Positions 1 through 7,466 of a stretch of DNA of 41,921 bases are shown here, piece by piece. Both the position numbers and the translations under genes were made by a program. Source of the DNA: a virus (Duplodnaviria > Caudoviricetes); IMG/VR virus record IMGVR_UViG_3300031673_000151, positions 1 through 41,921 of that record. One strand, written 5' to 3'. The stretch's first letter is position 1. Every line of letters starts with the position of its first letter. The notes below the pieces were generated by a model. That model worked only from the letters and a program-made list of their open reading frames with translations, was not told the origin of the DNA and searched no databases.

Positions 1-318
1 ACAAAACACTCCACCGGCGACCGGAGCGCCAGCAGTGCCACCGGCGACCGGAGCGCCAGCAGTGCCACCGGCGACCGGAGCGCCAGCAGTGCCACCGGCT
101 ACCAGAGCGCCAGCAGTGCCACCGGCAAAAATTCAGTAGCCATGAATATCGGGATTTCCGGGAAAGCGAAAGCTGGAAAAGACGGCGCAATCGTACTTTG
201 CAACCATGACGAGTATTACAACATTCGACACATTCGCGCCTCAAAAGTTGGCGAAAACGGGATTAAACCGGATGTTTGGTACACGCTGAACGATGAAAAC
301 AAATTCGTCGAAGCGTAA
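1..318 (+). CDS. 3' part of a phage protein with 9-aa SATGDRSAS repeats (5'-truncated by window edge)
   Basis: Frame 1 is open from base 1: TKHSTGDRSASSATGDRSAS...GAIVL...IRASKVGENGIKPDVWYTLNDENKFVEA*. Both the repeat and the C-terminal motif recall a common phage accessory family. Confidence 0.8.
   Translation, partial: TKHSTGDRSASSATGDRSASSATGDRSASSATGYQSASSATGKNSVAMNIGISGKAKAGKDGAIVLCNHDEYYNIRHIRASKVGENGIKPDVWYTLNDENKFVEA
11..126 (+). repeat. 27-bp in-frame tandem repeat, about 4.3 copies
   Basis: Unit CCACCGGCGACCGGAGCGCCAGCAGTG at 11, 38 and 65, a variant at 92, and a partial copy at 119. Confidence 0.95.
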
Positions 319-337
319 GACACAGGAGGATTTAATC

Positions 338-574
338 ATGACCGACTTATCGGCAATCGCAGCCCTGCTTTACGACGCAGCCGACGAGTTGGCTGATGAG
401 AATGATCGGGCCGAAGCGCGGGAACAGAACCGGGTTGTTGATCCACTGGTTGAGCGCATGGCGGCGAATCGTCGGCGCATGAATCCGAGCTTGCGTGAAA
501 GCGATGTGGGCCAGCCCAGGCCATGCAATACCGGGCTGATTGTGGGTAATTTTATTAAATCAGGAAGAGCTTAA
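338..574 (+). CDS. hypothetical phage protein
   Basis: ATG at 338 preceded by AGGAGG; in frame with the provided ORF 293-574. Confidence 0.7.
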   Translation: MTDLSAIAALLYDAADELADENDRAEAREQNRVVDPLVERMAANRRRMNPSLRESDVGQPRPCNTGLIVGNFIKSGRA

Positions 575-576
575 TC

Positions 577-711
577 ATGAAATCGCAACCAATCAGCGCC
601 GGTCTTTACCGGGTAAATGGCGTCATTCTGGTTAGAGCGGAAAACGCCAGCCATGCGGCATGCATGGTTTTGCGGGCGATGATTGAACAGGCGAAAAGGA
701 AAGCGGCATGA
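577..711 (+). CDS. small hypothetical protein (44 aa)
   Basis: MKSQPISAGLYRVNG...KAA*; ATGA overlap with the next gene. Confidence 0.55.
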   Translation: MKSQPISAGLYRVNGVILVRAENASHAACMVLRAMIEQAKRKAA

Positions 712-998
712 GTGAGACACAAACACTGGAACAGATCACCGAGCGCCGAGACGCGCTGGCTGCGCAGATCATAGGGCTTAACAGCGACCTCAAAGCTATG
801 AACCTTCGGATCGCGGTAATGAAGGCTGAATACAAAATCGGTGATCGCGTAATTCGCTACGGCAAAGACGAGTATGAGATTGTAAATATCACGTCAGGTT
901 GGTGCATGTACAGTGGAAAGCGAGTTCTAAAATCCGGGGAACTCGGCAAGCGAGTGTTTGAGCTATACGGGAATCTGAAGAAAGTGGTGGAATCATGA
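708..998 (+). CDS. hypothetical phage protein
   Basis: 96-aa ORF with ATGA coupling at both ends. Confidence 0.75.
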   Translation: MSETQTLEQITERRDALAAQIIGLNSDLKAMNLRIAVMKAEYKIGDRVIRYGKDEYEIVNITSGWCMYSGKRVLKSGELGKRVFELYGNLKKVVES

Positions 999-1084
999 AA
1001 AAGTTCCTCTCCGATTTTGCCTACTACCGGCGTCAAGGTTTCGGGATTCGCACGGCATGGAAGCTGGCGAAGGTGACGCTATGA
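995..1084 (+). CDS. small hypothetical peptide (29 aa)
   Basis: MKKFLSDFAYYRRQGFGIRTAWKLAKVTL*; ATGA overlaps on both sides. Confidence 0.5.
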   Translation: MKKFLSDFAYYRRQGFGIRTAWKLAKVTL

Positions 1085-1680
1085 TGATCATACCTGATGG
1101 CTGGAAACTGGTTCCGGTGGAGCCAACTTATCAAATGGCTGCACAAGCCCTCGTATCCTGCCCTGTTTTTGGTTTAAGTATTAATGCTGTATACCCAATG
1201 TATGAAGCCATGCTCGCAGCGGCCCCAACACCACCAGAACAAGAATGCAATTGCAGCATGGCAATAAAACTGAACGGGGATGGCTGCGCGGTATGCAATC
1301 CGGAGAGGGCTGAAGATTTGAGCGAGCCTGTCAGCATGGAGCCGGTGGCTTGGATTGATGGCATGGGAATAATTGTGTACAGCTATGAATCTCGATGTAT
1401 CCCTAAGGATAATTGGCAGCCACTATACCCCGCCGAACAACTCGCCACCCTGCAAAACAAGCTTGCCGCGCATACTAATTGGTTAAGCGATAAGGTGTGC
1501 TTTACCAAGGTTGACTATAAAAAGAAGGTAGAAGAGCGCGAAGCCCTGCAAGCCAAGTTGGAACAGTCGGAGAAAGCTAGGACAGAGTTGCTGAAGCTGC
1601 TTGCTTGGGTAGATAAAGGGGTGACGTGCGCCATATCCGGCAGTATAAAAGAAGCCATCGCCAAATACGAGGTGAAATGA
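1081..1680 (+). CDS. Eaa/Ead-like mosaic phage accessory protein
   Basis: IPDGWKLVPVEPT...YEAMLAAAP and EPVAW...PLY motifs typical of lambdoid ea-region proteins. Confidence 0.7.
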   Translation: MMIIPDGWKLVPVEPTYQMAAQALVSCPVFGLSINAVYPMYEAMLAAAPTPPEQECNCSMAIKLNGDGCAVCNPERAEDLSEPVSMEPVAWIDGMGIIVYSYESRCIPKDNWQPLYPAEQLATLQNKLAAHTNWLSDKVCFTKVDYKKKVEEREALQAKLEQSEKARTELLKLLAWVDKGVTCAISGSIKEAIAKYEVK

Positions 1681-2003
1681 TGGATTCATACCAACCAATC
1701 TATGATGCTGTTCGTAGCAAAATATCCAATGGTGACATTGGACAAGCAGTCGAAAATTCATTGCGGGATTCAAACTTCTCGCACTATGTTCAAATGGCTA
1801 TGAGTAGTATTGAACAAATTGCTTCCGAATACGACCGCCCATGCGCCATCTTTCGCCCAAAATTATCCCTAGACGGTAATCAGTGGTGCGCTTTGTATGG
1901 TGAAAATTTGCAAGACGGCGTGGCTGGTTTTGGGGAGTCACCTGCGCTTGCAATGCGAGCTTTTGATACCGCTTGGACTGCCAAATACGAGGTGAAGAAA
2001 TGA
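1677..2003 (+). CDS. hypothetical phage protein
   Basis: GAGGTG RBS and ATGA overlap; DGNQWCALYGENLQDGVAGFG motif. Confidence 0.75.
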   Translation: MMDSYQPIYDAVRSKISNGDIGQAVENSLRDSNFSHYVQMAMSSIEQIASEYDRPCAIFRPKLSLDGNQWCALYGENLQDGVAGFGESPALAMRAFDTAWTAKYEVKK

Positions 2004-2353
2004 GCGAAGATGACCGGTAACTGCTGGAACTAGCGGCGAATGCTGCTGGGTACTATGATGCAACGTGGAATGCCGAACTAAGTTGTGTTGAGACATCCAT
2101 GCTTGATGGACTTCGATGCTGGTGGGACCCTTTAACAAATAAATGTCAGGCGTTTTCTTTGATGGCTGAACTGCGAATAGATGTAACGCATAGTGCGTCA
2201 AATAAAACAGTAAGCGCATTTTCAATGAATGCGCCGAGTGTTTGCGTAGAACAGGAAGGCGAGGATAAAAGTGCTTCCACACTACGCGCCGTAGTACGCG
2301 CTGCTGCCGAGATTGTCCGCGCAATGCAGAACAACGATAACAGGAGTGAATGA
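2000..2353 (+). pseudogene. phage protein with premature stop at codon 7
   Basis: MSEDDR*LLELAANAAG...WWDPL...RAVVRAAAEI. The TAA at 2018-2020 sits where the common phage DRELLELAA...RAIVRAAAEI family has Glu (GAA). Confidence 0.65.
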
Positions 2354-2356
2354 ATC

Positions 2357-3193
2357 ATGAGTACCGAAAAAACGAATGTCGCACAGATCAAGCAATCTCT
2401 TCCGGCGCTCGCTATGAGCGAGGACGAACTGATATCTGTGTTGACCACGAGCCTTTACCCTGGCGCGGCAATCCAGAGCATCAAGATGGTGCTGGGATAC
2501 TGCAAGGCAACCGGACTTGACCCCATGCAGAAGCCGGTTCACATCGTCCCGATGTGGGACAAGAACACCAAAGCGATGCGCGATGTGGTCATGCCCGGTA
2601 TCGGCCTGTATCGCACCCAGGCGGCACGATCTGGAAACTATGCTGGCGTGACAGAGCCGGAGTTCGGAGAGGACATTACAGAAGATGTCGGCGGCGTGCG
2701 TATGACGTTCCCGAAGTTTTGTAAGGTAACGGTGAAACGGGCCATTCACGGCGGCGCAGTTGTCGATTTCACGGCTACTGAGTTCTGGAAAGAAAACTAC
2801 GCGACAGCGGGTAAGGATTCGACAGCGCCTAATGCGATGTGGAAAAAACGGCCATATGGGCAAATAGCGAAGTGTGCAGAAGCCCAGGCGTTGCGCAAAG
2901 CATTCCCAGAATTCGGCGCTGCGCCAACTGCCGACGAAATGGAAGGCAAGCCGTTTGAAGGAGAAACCATCGACGGATCGACGGGCGAGATCATGCCGAA
3001 GAATACCGGCAATCCGGTGCTGGAAGAATGCAGCGCAGAGAAGTTCGAGCAGAACCAAGCCGCATGGCGTGATTTGGTTGTTTCTGGTAAGAAAACCGCT
3101 GATGCGCTTATCGCCATGTTAAGCACGAAGGCAATATTAACCGATGACCAGAAGCTGACGATTGATAGCTGGTCGCATGAAGGGGATCAATAA
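2357..3193 (+). CDS. bet: phage ssDNA annealing recombination protein Bet (RecT/Bet family)
   Basis: YCKATGLDPMQKPVHIVPM, GIGLYRTQAARSG and WKKRPYGQIAKCAEAQALRKAFP motifs; adjacent to an exonuclease. Confidence 0.92.
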   Translation: MSTEKTNVAQIKQSLPALAMSEDELISVLTTSLYPGAAIQSIKMVLGYCKATGLDPMQKPVHIVPMWDKNTKAMRDVVMPGIGLYRTQAARSGNYAGVTEPEFGEDITEDVGGVRMTFPKFCKVTVKRAIHGGAVVDFTATEFWKENYATAGKDSTAPNAMWKKRPYGQIAKCAEAQALRKAFPEFGAAPTADEMEGKPFEGETIDGSTGEIMPKNTGNPVLEECSAEKFEQNQAAWRDLVVSGKKTADALIAMLSTKAILTDDQKLTIDSWSHEGDQ

Positions 3194-4947
3194 TGAAAAC
3201 GCACTCGCTAATCCAAGGCAGCAAAGAATGGCACCAGCATAGGCTGTCACACTTTAACGCCAGCGATGCCCCGGCCATGATGGGCGTATCACCCTACAAG
3301 ACGCGCAGCAAACTTCTTGAAGAAACGGCGACCGGACTTGTTGACGCTGAATTCGATGAAGCCACGCAGCGCCGCTTTGCTGACGGCCACCGCTTCGAGA
3401 GACTGGCGCGCCCTCTTGCCGAAGAAATCGCCGGGCAAGACCTTTACCCGGCAACTGGTTCCGAAGGAAAGCACAGCGCCAGCTTCGACGGAATTACTAT
3501 GTGCGAGTCGGTCATATTTGAACACAAAACCTTGTCTGACCGGATTCGCGCAGCCAAAAGCGCGTCTGAACTCCCCAAAGACCTGCGCATTCAGATGGAA
3601 CACCAACTCCATGTATCAGGTGCAGAGAAATGCCTGTTCATGGCGTCCGTGTGGGATGAGGGCGACGAACTTGTTGAGGAAATCCACTACTGGTACATGC
3701 CCGACTTGGATAGCCGTTCTTGCATTCTAGACGGCTGGTCTCAATTCGAGAAAGACCTTGCCGCCTACGTTCCCCGAGAGATCGCCGAGAAGCCCCAAGC
3801 CGAATCAGTAATAGCCCTTCCCGCCCTTCTGATTACCGCCAAAGGTGAAGTGACCAGTACCAACATGCCGTCCTTCAAGGATGCCGCCAGAACGTTCCTC
3901 GCCAAGATCAACCGGACGCTGGAAACAGACCAGCAGTTTGCCGATGCCAAAGAATCCGCCAAGGTGTTGCGTGAAACCGCCGTCAAGCTCAAGGCGAAGA
4001 AAGAGGAAATGCTAGAGCAAACGGCCAGCATTGGCGAAGTGGCGCGGGAGATTGACCTGATTGTCGAAACATTCAACAAGACAGCCCTGGCGCTGGAAAA
4101 GGACGTGAAGGAAAAAGAGATTTCAATAAAGGTGGATATTGCAAACGCTGCAAAGGTGGCGTATGCGGCGCACGTTGCTGCGCTTGAAGCCGAAATAAGC
4201 CCTATTCGCTTGGTTTTGCCTGTTCCTGATTTCGCTGGCACCATGAAAAACCAGCGCACAATTGCCAGTTTGCACGACAAGGTTGATGGGGCGCTTGCGA
4301 ATGGCAAGATTGAGGCTGATTCAGTCGCCAAGGACATCCGCGCCAAACTGGCGTGGTGCAAAGATAACGCTGACGGCATGTCGTTCCTGTTCCCTGACCT
4401 ACAGCAGATCATCGTCAAGCCGATGGATGATTTTACGCTTCTCATCACCATCCGGATTAAGGATCACAAGGACGCCGAAGCGCTAAAAGCCGCTGAAATA
4501 ATTGCCAAGGCAGATGCAGCAGCAGCCGCCAAACTGGAATCAGAGCGCGCCGCAATGCAAGCCGACGAAGAGCGCAAGTCCTGCGAGAAGGTTGCGGCGG
4601 AACAGGCAGCAGAGCGCGCAAATGTTGAGGCAGAAGCCAAGGCGCAAAAAGCGCTTGACGACCTTGAGGAAGAAACGCTACGGAAACAGGAAGCGGCAGA
4701 GTCCAAGAAAACGCCGGCGGAAGAGCCGCGGCCAGATCAGGTAGTGGTTGGCGTCGATCTGGACAATTCCGGCGCAGATCAAGCCGTTCGCAATATGTCG
4801 TCGGGCAAGCGTGTTCAACCTGTGCCGATCATCATTGACCGGCCTACAGATGCCGAGATTATCGGCGCGCTGGCGGTGCGTTTTGCGGTATCCGAGCAGA
4901 CTGTGAAGAGCTGGCTGGCCGACATGAACCTGGAGGCCGCAGCATGA
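3193..4947 (+). CDS. YqaJ/lambda-Exo-like exonuclease with long coiled-coil C-terminus
   Basis: QGSKEWHQHR, ASDAPAMMGVSPYKT, GHRFE, SASFDG, EHK and QMEHQL motifs; coupled to bet. Confidence 0.9.
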   Translation: MKTHSLIQGSKEWHQHRLSHFNASDAPAMMGVSPYKTRSKLLEETATGLVDAEFDEATQRRFADGHRFERLARPLAEEIAGQDLYPATGSEGKHSASFDGITMCESVIFEHKTLSDRIRAAKSASELPKDLRIQMEHQLHVSGAEKCLFMASVWDEGDELVEEIHYWYMPDLDSRSCILDGWSQFEKDLAAYVPREIAEKPQAESVIALPALLITAKGEVTSTNMPSFKDAARTFLAKINRTLETDQQFADAKESAKVLRETAVKLKAKKEEMLEQTASIGEVAREIDLIVETFNKTALALEKDVKEKEISIKVDIANAAKVAYAAHVAALEAEISPIRLVLPVPDFAGTMKNQRTIASLHDKVDGALANGKIEADSVAKDIRAKLAWCKDNADGMSFLFPDLQQIIVKPMDDFTLLITIRIKDHKDAEALKAAEIIAKADAAAAAKLESERAAMQADEERKSCEKVAAEQAAERANVEAEAKAQKALDDLEEETLRKQEAAESKKTPAEEPRPDQVVVGVDLDNSGADQAVRNMSSGKRVQPVPIIIDRPTDAEIIGALAVRFAVSEQTVKSWLADMNLEAAA

Positions 4948-5081
4948 TGTTCAAAAACGCAATGGTTTTCCTGATAGCGCCGGGCTTTCGCGTCGACGCA
5001 ACCATGTTGACGCGCCAGATCGCCAGCGCATGCGGGAGCTTGGTGATGCCCGCTAACTCAACGGTAAATGGCGCCGCATGA
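4944..5081 (+). pseudogene. rdgC: 5' fragment of recombination-associated protein RdgC, running into a half attC site
   Basis: MMFKNAMVF...ACGSL resembles the RdgC N-terminus (MWFKN...PCGS). It is ATGA-coupled to the exonuclease and ends after 45 aa. Confidence 0.55.
5051..5077 (-). other. half attC site (R'/L' arm only)
   Basis: + strand CGCTAAC-TCAAC-GGTAAAT matches the left arms of the intact sites (e.g. GGCTAAC-GTATA-GGTAAGT); no partner arm was found. Confidence 0.55.
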
Positions 5082-5099
5082 CCAAGCCAAACGAAACCA

Positions 5100-5298
5100 C
5101 TGGCGCCGATTCGGCGCACGGTGGCGAGGGATTTCATGGGGTTTGGAAGCAACAGCCACAACAAGGCGGCGACTACCGCCACGTGGACTGTACCGGGATT
5201 GGCAGCGGATAGATCGCGCTGCAATGGCTGACGGCGCAAGGGCGATAACTGAAGTGCTTTGGCTTTCTCCGCGATGCCAAAGCGCTGATTTGTTTTAG
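5100..5298 (+). pseudogene. collapsed remnant of a Dam-like (D12 class) DNA adenine methyltransferase
   Basis: Three short motifs in three frames, in the expected order: RRTVARDFMGFGSNSHNK, GGDYRH and LYRDWQRIDRAAMADGARAITEVLWLSP. Confidence 0.55.
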
Positions 5299-5300
5299 GC

Positions 5301-5363
5301 GGCTAACGTGCGAATTCAGGGGACTGAGCGAAGCGAAGTTCCCGCTGGAATGAAAGGTTAGAC
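5301..5363 (-). other. attC site (63 bp)
   Basis: - strand GTCTAAC CTTTC ATTCCAGC ... CCTGAAT TCGCAC GTTAGCC; R''-L''-L'-R' order with an extra base in L''. Confidence 0.9.
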
Positions 5364-5537
5364 ATGAAAGTAGCCCCAAAATATGCAAACCAGAAATTCG
5401 GCGGTTTTAGCACGATGACCTTTACCAGACCATCGGCCTGCAAGCACAACGATGGTTGGTATGTGAATGTGATGTTTTGGATATTCAAGAAGCGCATATT
5501 TGTATGCTCTAAATGTGGTTCACACTTCGATGCCTAA
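5364..5537 (+). CDS. cassette ORF, small Cys/His protein (57 aa)
   Basis: MKVAPKYANQ...CKH...FVCSKCGSHFDA*. It exactly fills the inter-attC space and its stop TAA lies inside GCCTAAC. Confidence 0.65.
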   Translation: MKVAPKYANQKFGGFSTMTFTRPSACKHNDGWYVNVMFWIFKKRIFVCSKCGSHFDA

Positions 5538-5601
5538 CGCCTGAGATAACCGGAGCGACGCGGCTTTATCGCGGCGCGTCCGGTTGAACGATGGGTTCGG
5601 C
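5532..5601 (-). other. attC site (70 bp)
   Basis: - strand GCCGAAC CCATC GTTCAACC GGACGCG...CGCTCC GGTTATC TCAGGC GTTAGGC. Confidence 0.9.
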
Positions 5602-5625
5602 GGCAATTTACGGAGGACGAAAGAA

Positions 5626-5904
5626 ATGAAAGAAATGACCGATGACCAGAAGGCTGCGGCCTACTACAAGTTTGGGGCGCTGCATGAAGCCCCGCCGTTT
5701 GTGCCGGCGACAGTTCGGACGACGCGCACGCTGTATGGGGATTTTCCATTCCGCGGCGCGGGCGTCCTGGCCGGGGACCACGAATGCAGAAGCAACAAGT
5801 GGGGCGCGGTGAGCGTGACGGACCGAGCCGGAAACCAACTTGGCTTGAGGCTGAATGAATTTGAGCCGCTGACATGGCGCGAGAACTTGCCGCCGAACGT
5901 GTAG
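5626..5904 (+). CDS. cassette ORF, hypothetical protein
   Basis: GGAGGA RBS; the ORF ends ...PPNV* inside the next attC. Confidence 0.75.
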   Translation: MKEMTDDQKAAAYYKFGALHEAPPFVPATVRTTRTLYGDFPFRGAGVLAGDHECRSNKWGAVSVTDRAGNQLGLRLNEFEPLTWRENLPPNV

Positions 5905-5955
5905 CTAAGGGGCTGCGCCGCTTTTGCGCAGTCCCGCTTGAGCGTAGGGTTAGCC
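5892..5955 (-). other. attC site (64 bp)
   Basis: - strand GGCTAAC CCTAC GCTCAAGC GGGACTGCGC...GCGCAGCC CCTTAGC TACAC GTTCGGC. Confidence 0.92.
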
Positions 5956-5976
5956 GCCTGCGCCCCGGTTTATTTT

Positions 5977-6026
5977 GAAACTATTTCAATAAAACGCTTG
6001 ACGGAGTGAAATAGTTTCTATAATAT
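5977..6026 (+). promoter_or_regulatory. sigma70-like promoter with flanking 12-bp inverted-repeat operator
   Basis: TTGACG (5998-6003), 17-bp spacer, TAATAT (6021-6026). GAAACTATTTCA (5977-5988) and TGAAATAGTTTC (6007-6018) are perfect reverse complements. Confidence 0.75.
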
Positions 6027-6070
6027 AGCGACACGGTTGAGAGAAACCGGATAACCGAGGAGTAGCTAAC

Positions 6071-6457
6071 ATGAAACTACAATATCAACTGAGCAACGGG
6101 AATTGGGTCAACTGCAAAAAATCTGACACAGATGACCGCACCGATGAATTTTTAGCACAATGCGCAGAATACAAAAATATCAGCATTGATGAGGTTCTGG
6201 CGATTTTGGCGACCGGTAAATCAGTTGCGAACTGTAGTGGATGGTCGAATGAATGCCGTGACGGTGAGATTGTTGAGGCTAAAACAGCAGCATTTGCTGC
6301 GCAACGTGCCGCCGCCGAGGCTGCTGAGATACCCGCCAGACACTGCGCTGTAAATCATGCGGCCAAACCGGGCGTCGTGGCGCATACCAATTTTCTACTA
6401 ACCCACCGTCTGGCCGTTGCGACGATTGCTGCTAATTTACAGGAGACACAGACATGA
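6071..6457 (+). CDS. cassette ORF, hypothetical protein
   Basis: GAGGAG RBS; first gene after the internal promoter. Confidence 0.75.
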   Translation: MKLQYQLSNGNWVNCKKSDTDDRTDEFLAQCAEYKNISIDEVLAILATGKSVANCSGWSNECRDGEIVEAKTAAFAAQRAAAEAAEIPARHCAVNHAAKPGVVAHTNFLLTHRLAVATIAANLQETQT

Positions 6458-6897
6458 AAACCATAACCGTAGCCGCATCAAAAAATGACACACGCGCCTA
6501 TGCTGTGCGTAAATTCAGCAACGCACCGGATTTAAAATACCTGCGCAAAATATCGCCGGACAGGAACGAACTGACAGAATTGGCAGCATTCCTGTTTGAC
6601 AACTGCCCGCCAGTGGTGGATGGGTATTACCCGGCATTCGACCACGCCAGCCGCGTAGTTTGCTACAACGGCAAAACCGAGGCCTATATGATGCGTTTGG
6701 AGGGGCGCAAAAACGCCGAGGGATATATCCGCTGCTACGATCTGGAAAATGTACCGAGCAAAATTCAGGACTGGAAATTTGACGTGATTCGCCACGACCA
6801 GTCGGACACCGGATATTGGAATTTGCAGGCCGCGAAAATGCTGGGTGCCGGTGTTGTGCGGATCACTATCGGCAGCAGCGAATGGGCGGCACAATGA
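6454..6897 (+). CDS. cassette ORF, hypothetical protein
   Basis: AGGAG RBS, ATGA overlap, 147 aa. Confidence 0.75.
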   Translation: MKTITVAASKNDTRAYAVRKFSNAPDLKYLRKISPDRNELTELAAFLFDNCPPVVDGYYPAFDHASRVVCYNGKTEAYMMRLEGRKNAEGYIRCYDLENVPSKIQDWKFDVIRHDQSDTGYWNLQAAKMLGAGVVRITIGSSEWAAQ

Positions 6898-7061
6898 CAC
6901 CATCCGAACAGTGCAAAGCGGCAGGGCTGAAAAACCTTGCCGAACTTGCCGCGATCAGCAGTGCCAGTACACGAACGCTGATTAACTGGCACAGAGACAA
7001 GCCATCGCTGTTTGCGACCGTCGTTGCTGGGGCGGTCGTGATTAAGGCGGCTAACGTATAG
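6894..7061 (+). CDS. small HTH-like DNA-binding protein (55 aa)
   Basis: MTPSEQCKAAGLKNLAELAAISSASTRTLINWHRDKP shows a helix-turn-helix pattern; ATGA overlap; ends in attC. Confidence 0.7.
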   Translation: MTPSEQCKAAGLKNLAELAAISSASTRTLINWHRDKPSLFATVVAGAVVIKAANV

Positions 7062-7111
7062 GTAAGTGGCGGGAGCGATAGCGACCGTCCCGCTTGACCG
7101 CAGGGTTGGGC
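7049..7111 (-). other. attC site (63 bp)
   Basis: - strand GCCCAAC CCTGC GGTCAAGC GGGACGG...CCCGCC ACTTACC TATAC GTTAGCC. Confidence 0.9.
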
Positions 7112-7133
7112 GGCGCATTTTGGAGTACACAAG

Positions 7134-7391
7134 ATGATTGAAACTGGAGATGTGGTTTTGCACGAACCAAGCGGCGAAGAGTGGCTTGTTGCATTCGTGG
7201 AAGATGGAAGATTGAGCTGGCTTGGATGGACGGAGGGAACGGCGAACGTGGCGGATTGCAAGCTGGTAAAAAAGGGAACACAGGAATACCGAGATATTTG
7301 GCAGCGCGACATGCTCAGATTACCAGATAGCGATATTCGTGGACGGTGGGCAAGAAATCACGTGACGCCCAACGTAAAGGTAAGCGGGTGA
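7134..7391 (+). CDS. cassette ORF, hypothetical protein
   Basis: GGAG RBS; the C-terminus ...PNVKVSG* is encoded by an attC arm. Confidence 0.75.
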   Translation: MIETGDVVLHEPSGEEWLVAFVEDGRLSWLGWTEGTANVADCKLVKKGTQEYRDIWQRDMLRLPDSDIRGRWARNHVTPNVKVSG

Positions 7392-7466
7392 CCACGGCGC
7401 TACAAATGCAAGACGAAGCCACCAGCGGGGCTGCCGTGGGTGCTCCGCTTGACCGAGAGGTTAGGC
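7367..7466 (-). other. attC site (100 bp)
   Basis: - strand GCCTAAC CTCTC GGTCAAGC GGAGCACCCACGGC...GCCGTGGTCACCC GCTTACC TTTAC GTTGGGC. Confidence 0.9.

Noticed and set aside
11-126. Possible CRISPR array
   Set aside because: The repeats are directly adjacent with no spacers, in frame and protein-coding; no cas genes are visible.
2282-4706. Long antisense ORFs (e.g. 2282-3058, 3765-4451)
   Set aside because: They are shadows of bet and exo with no recognisable motifs. The same applies to the many + strand ORFs within the structural genes.
5301-7466. Palindromes as rho-independent terminators or REP elements
   Set aside because: They lack U-tracts, have R/L box spacing with an asymmetric extra base, and show cassette-wise end complementarity, all of which fit attC.
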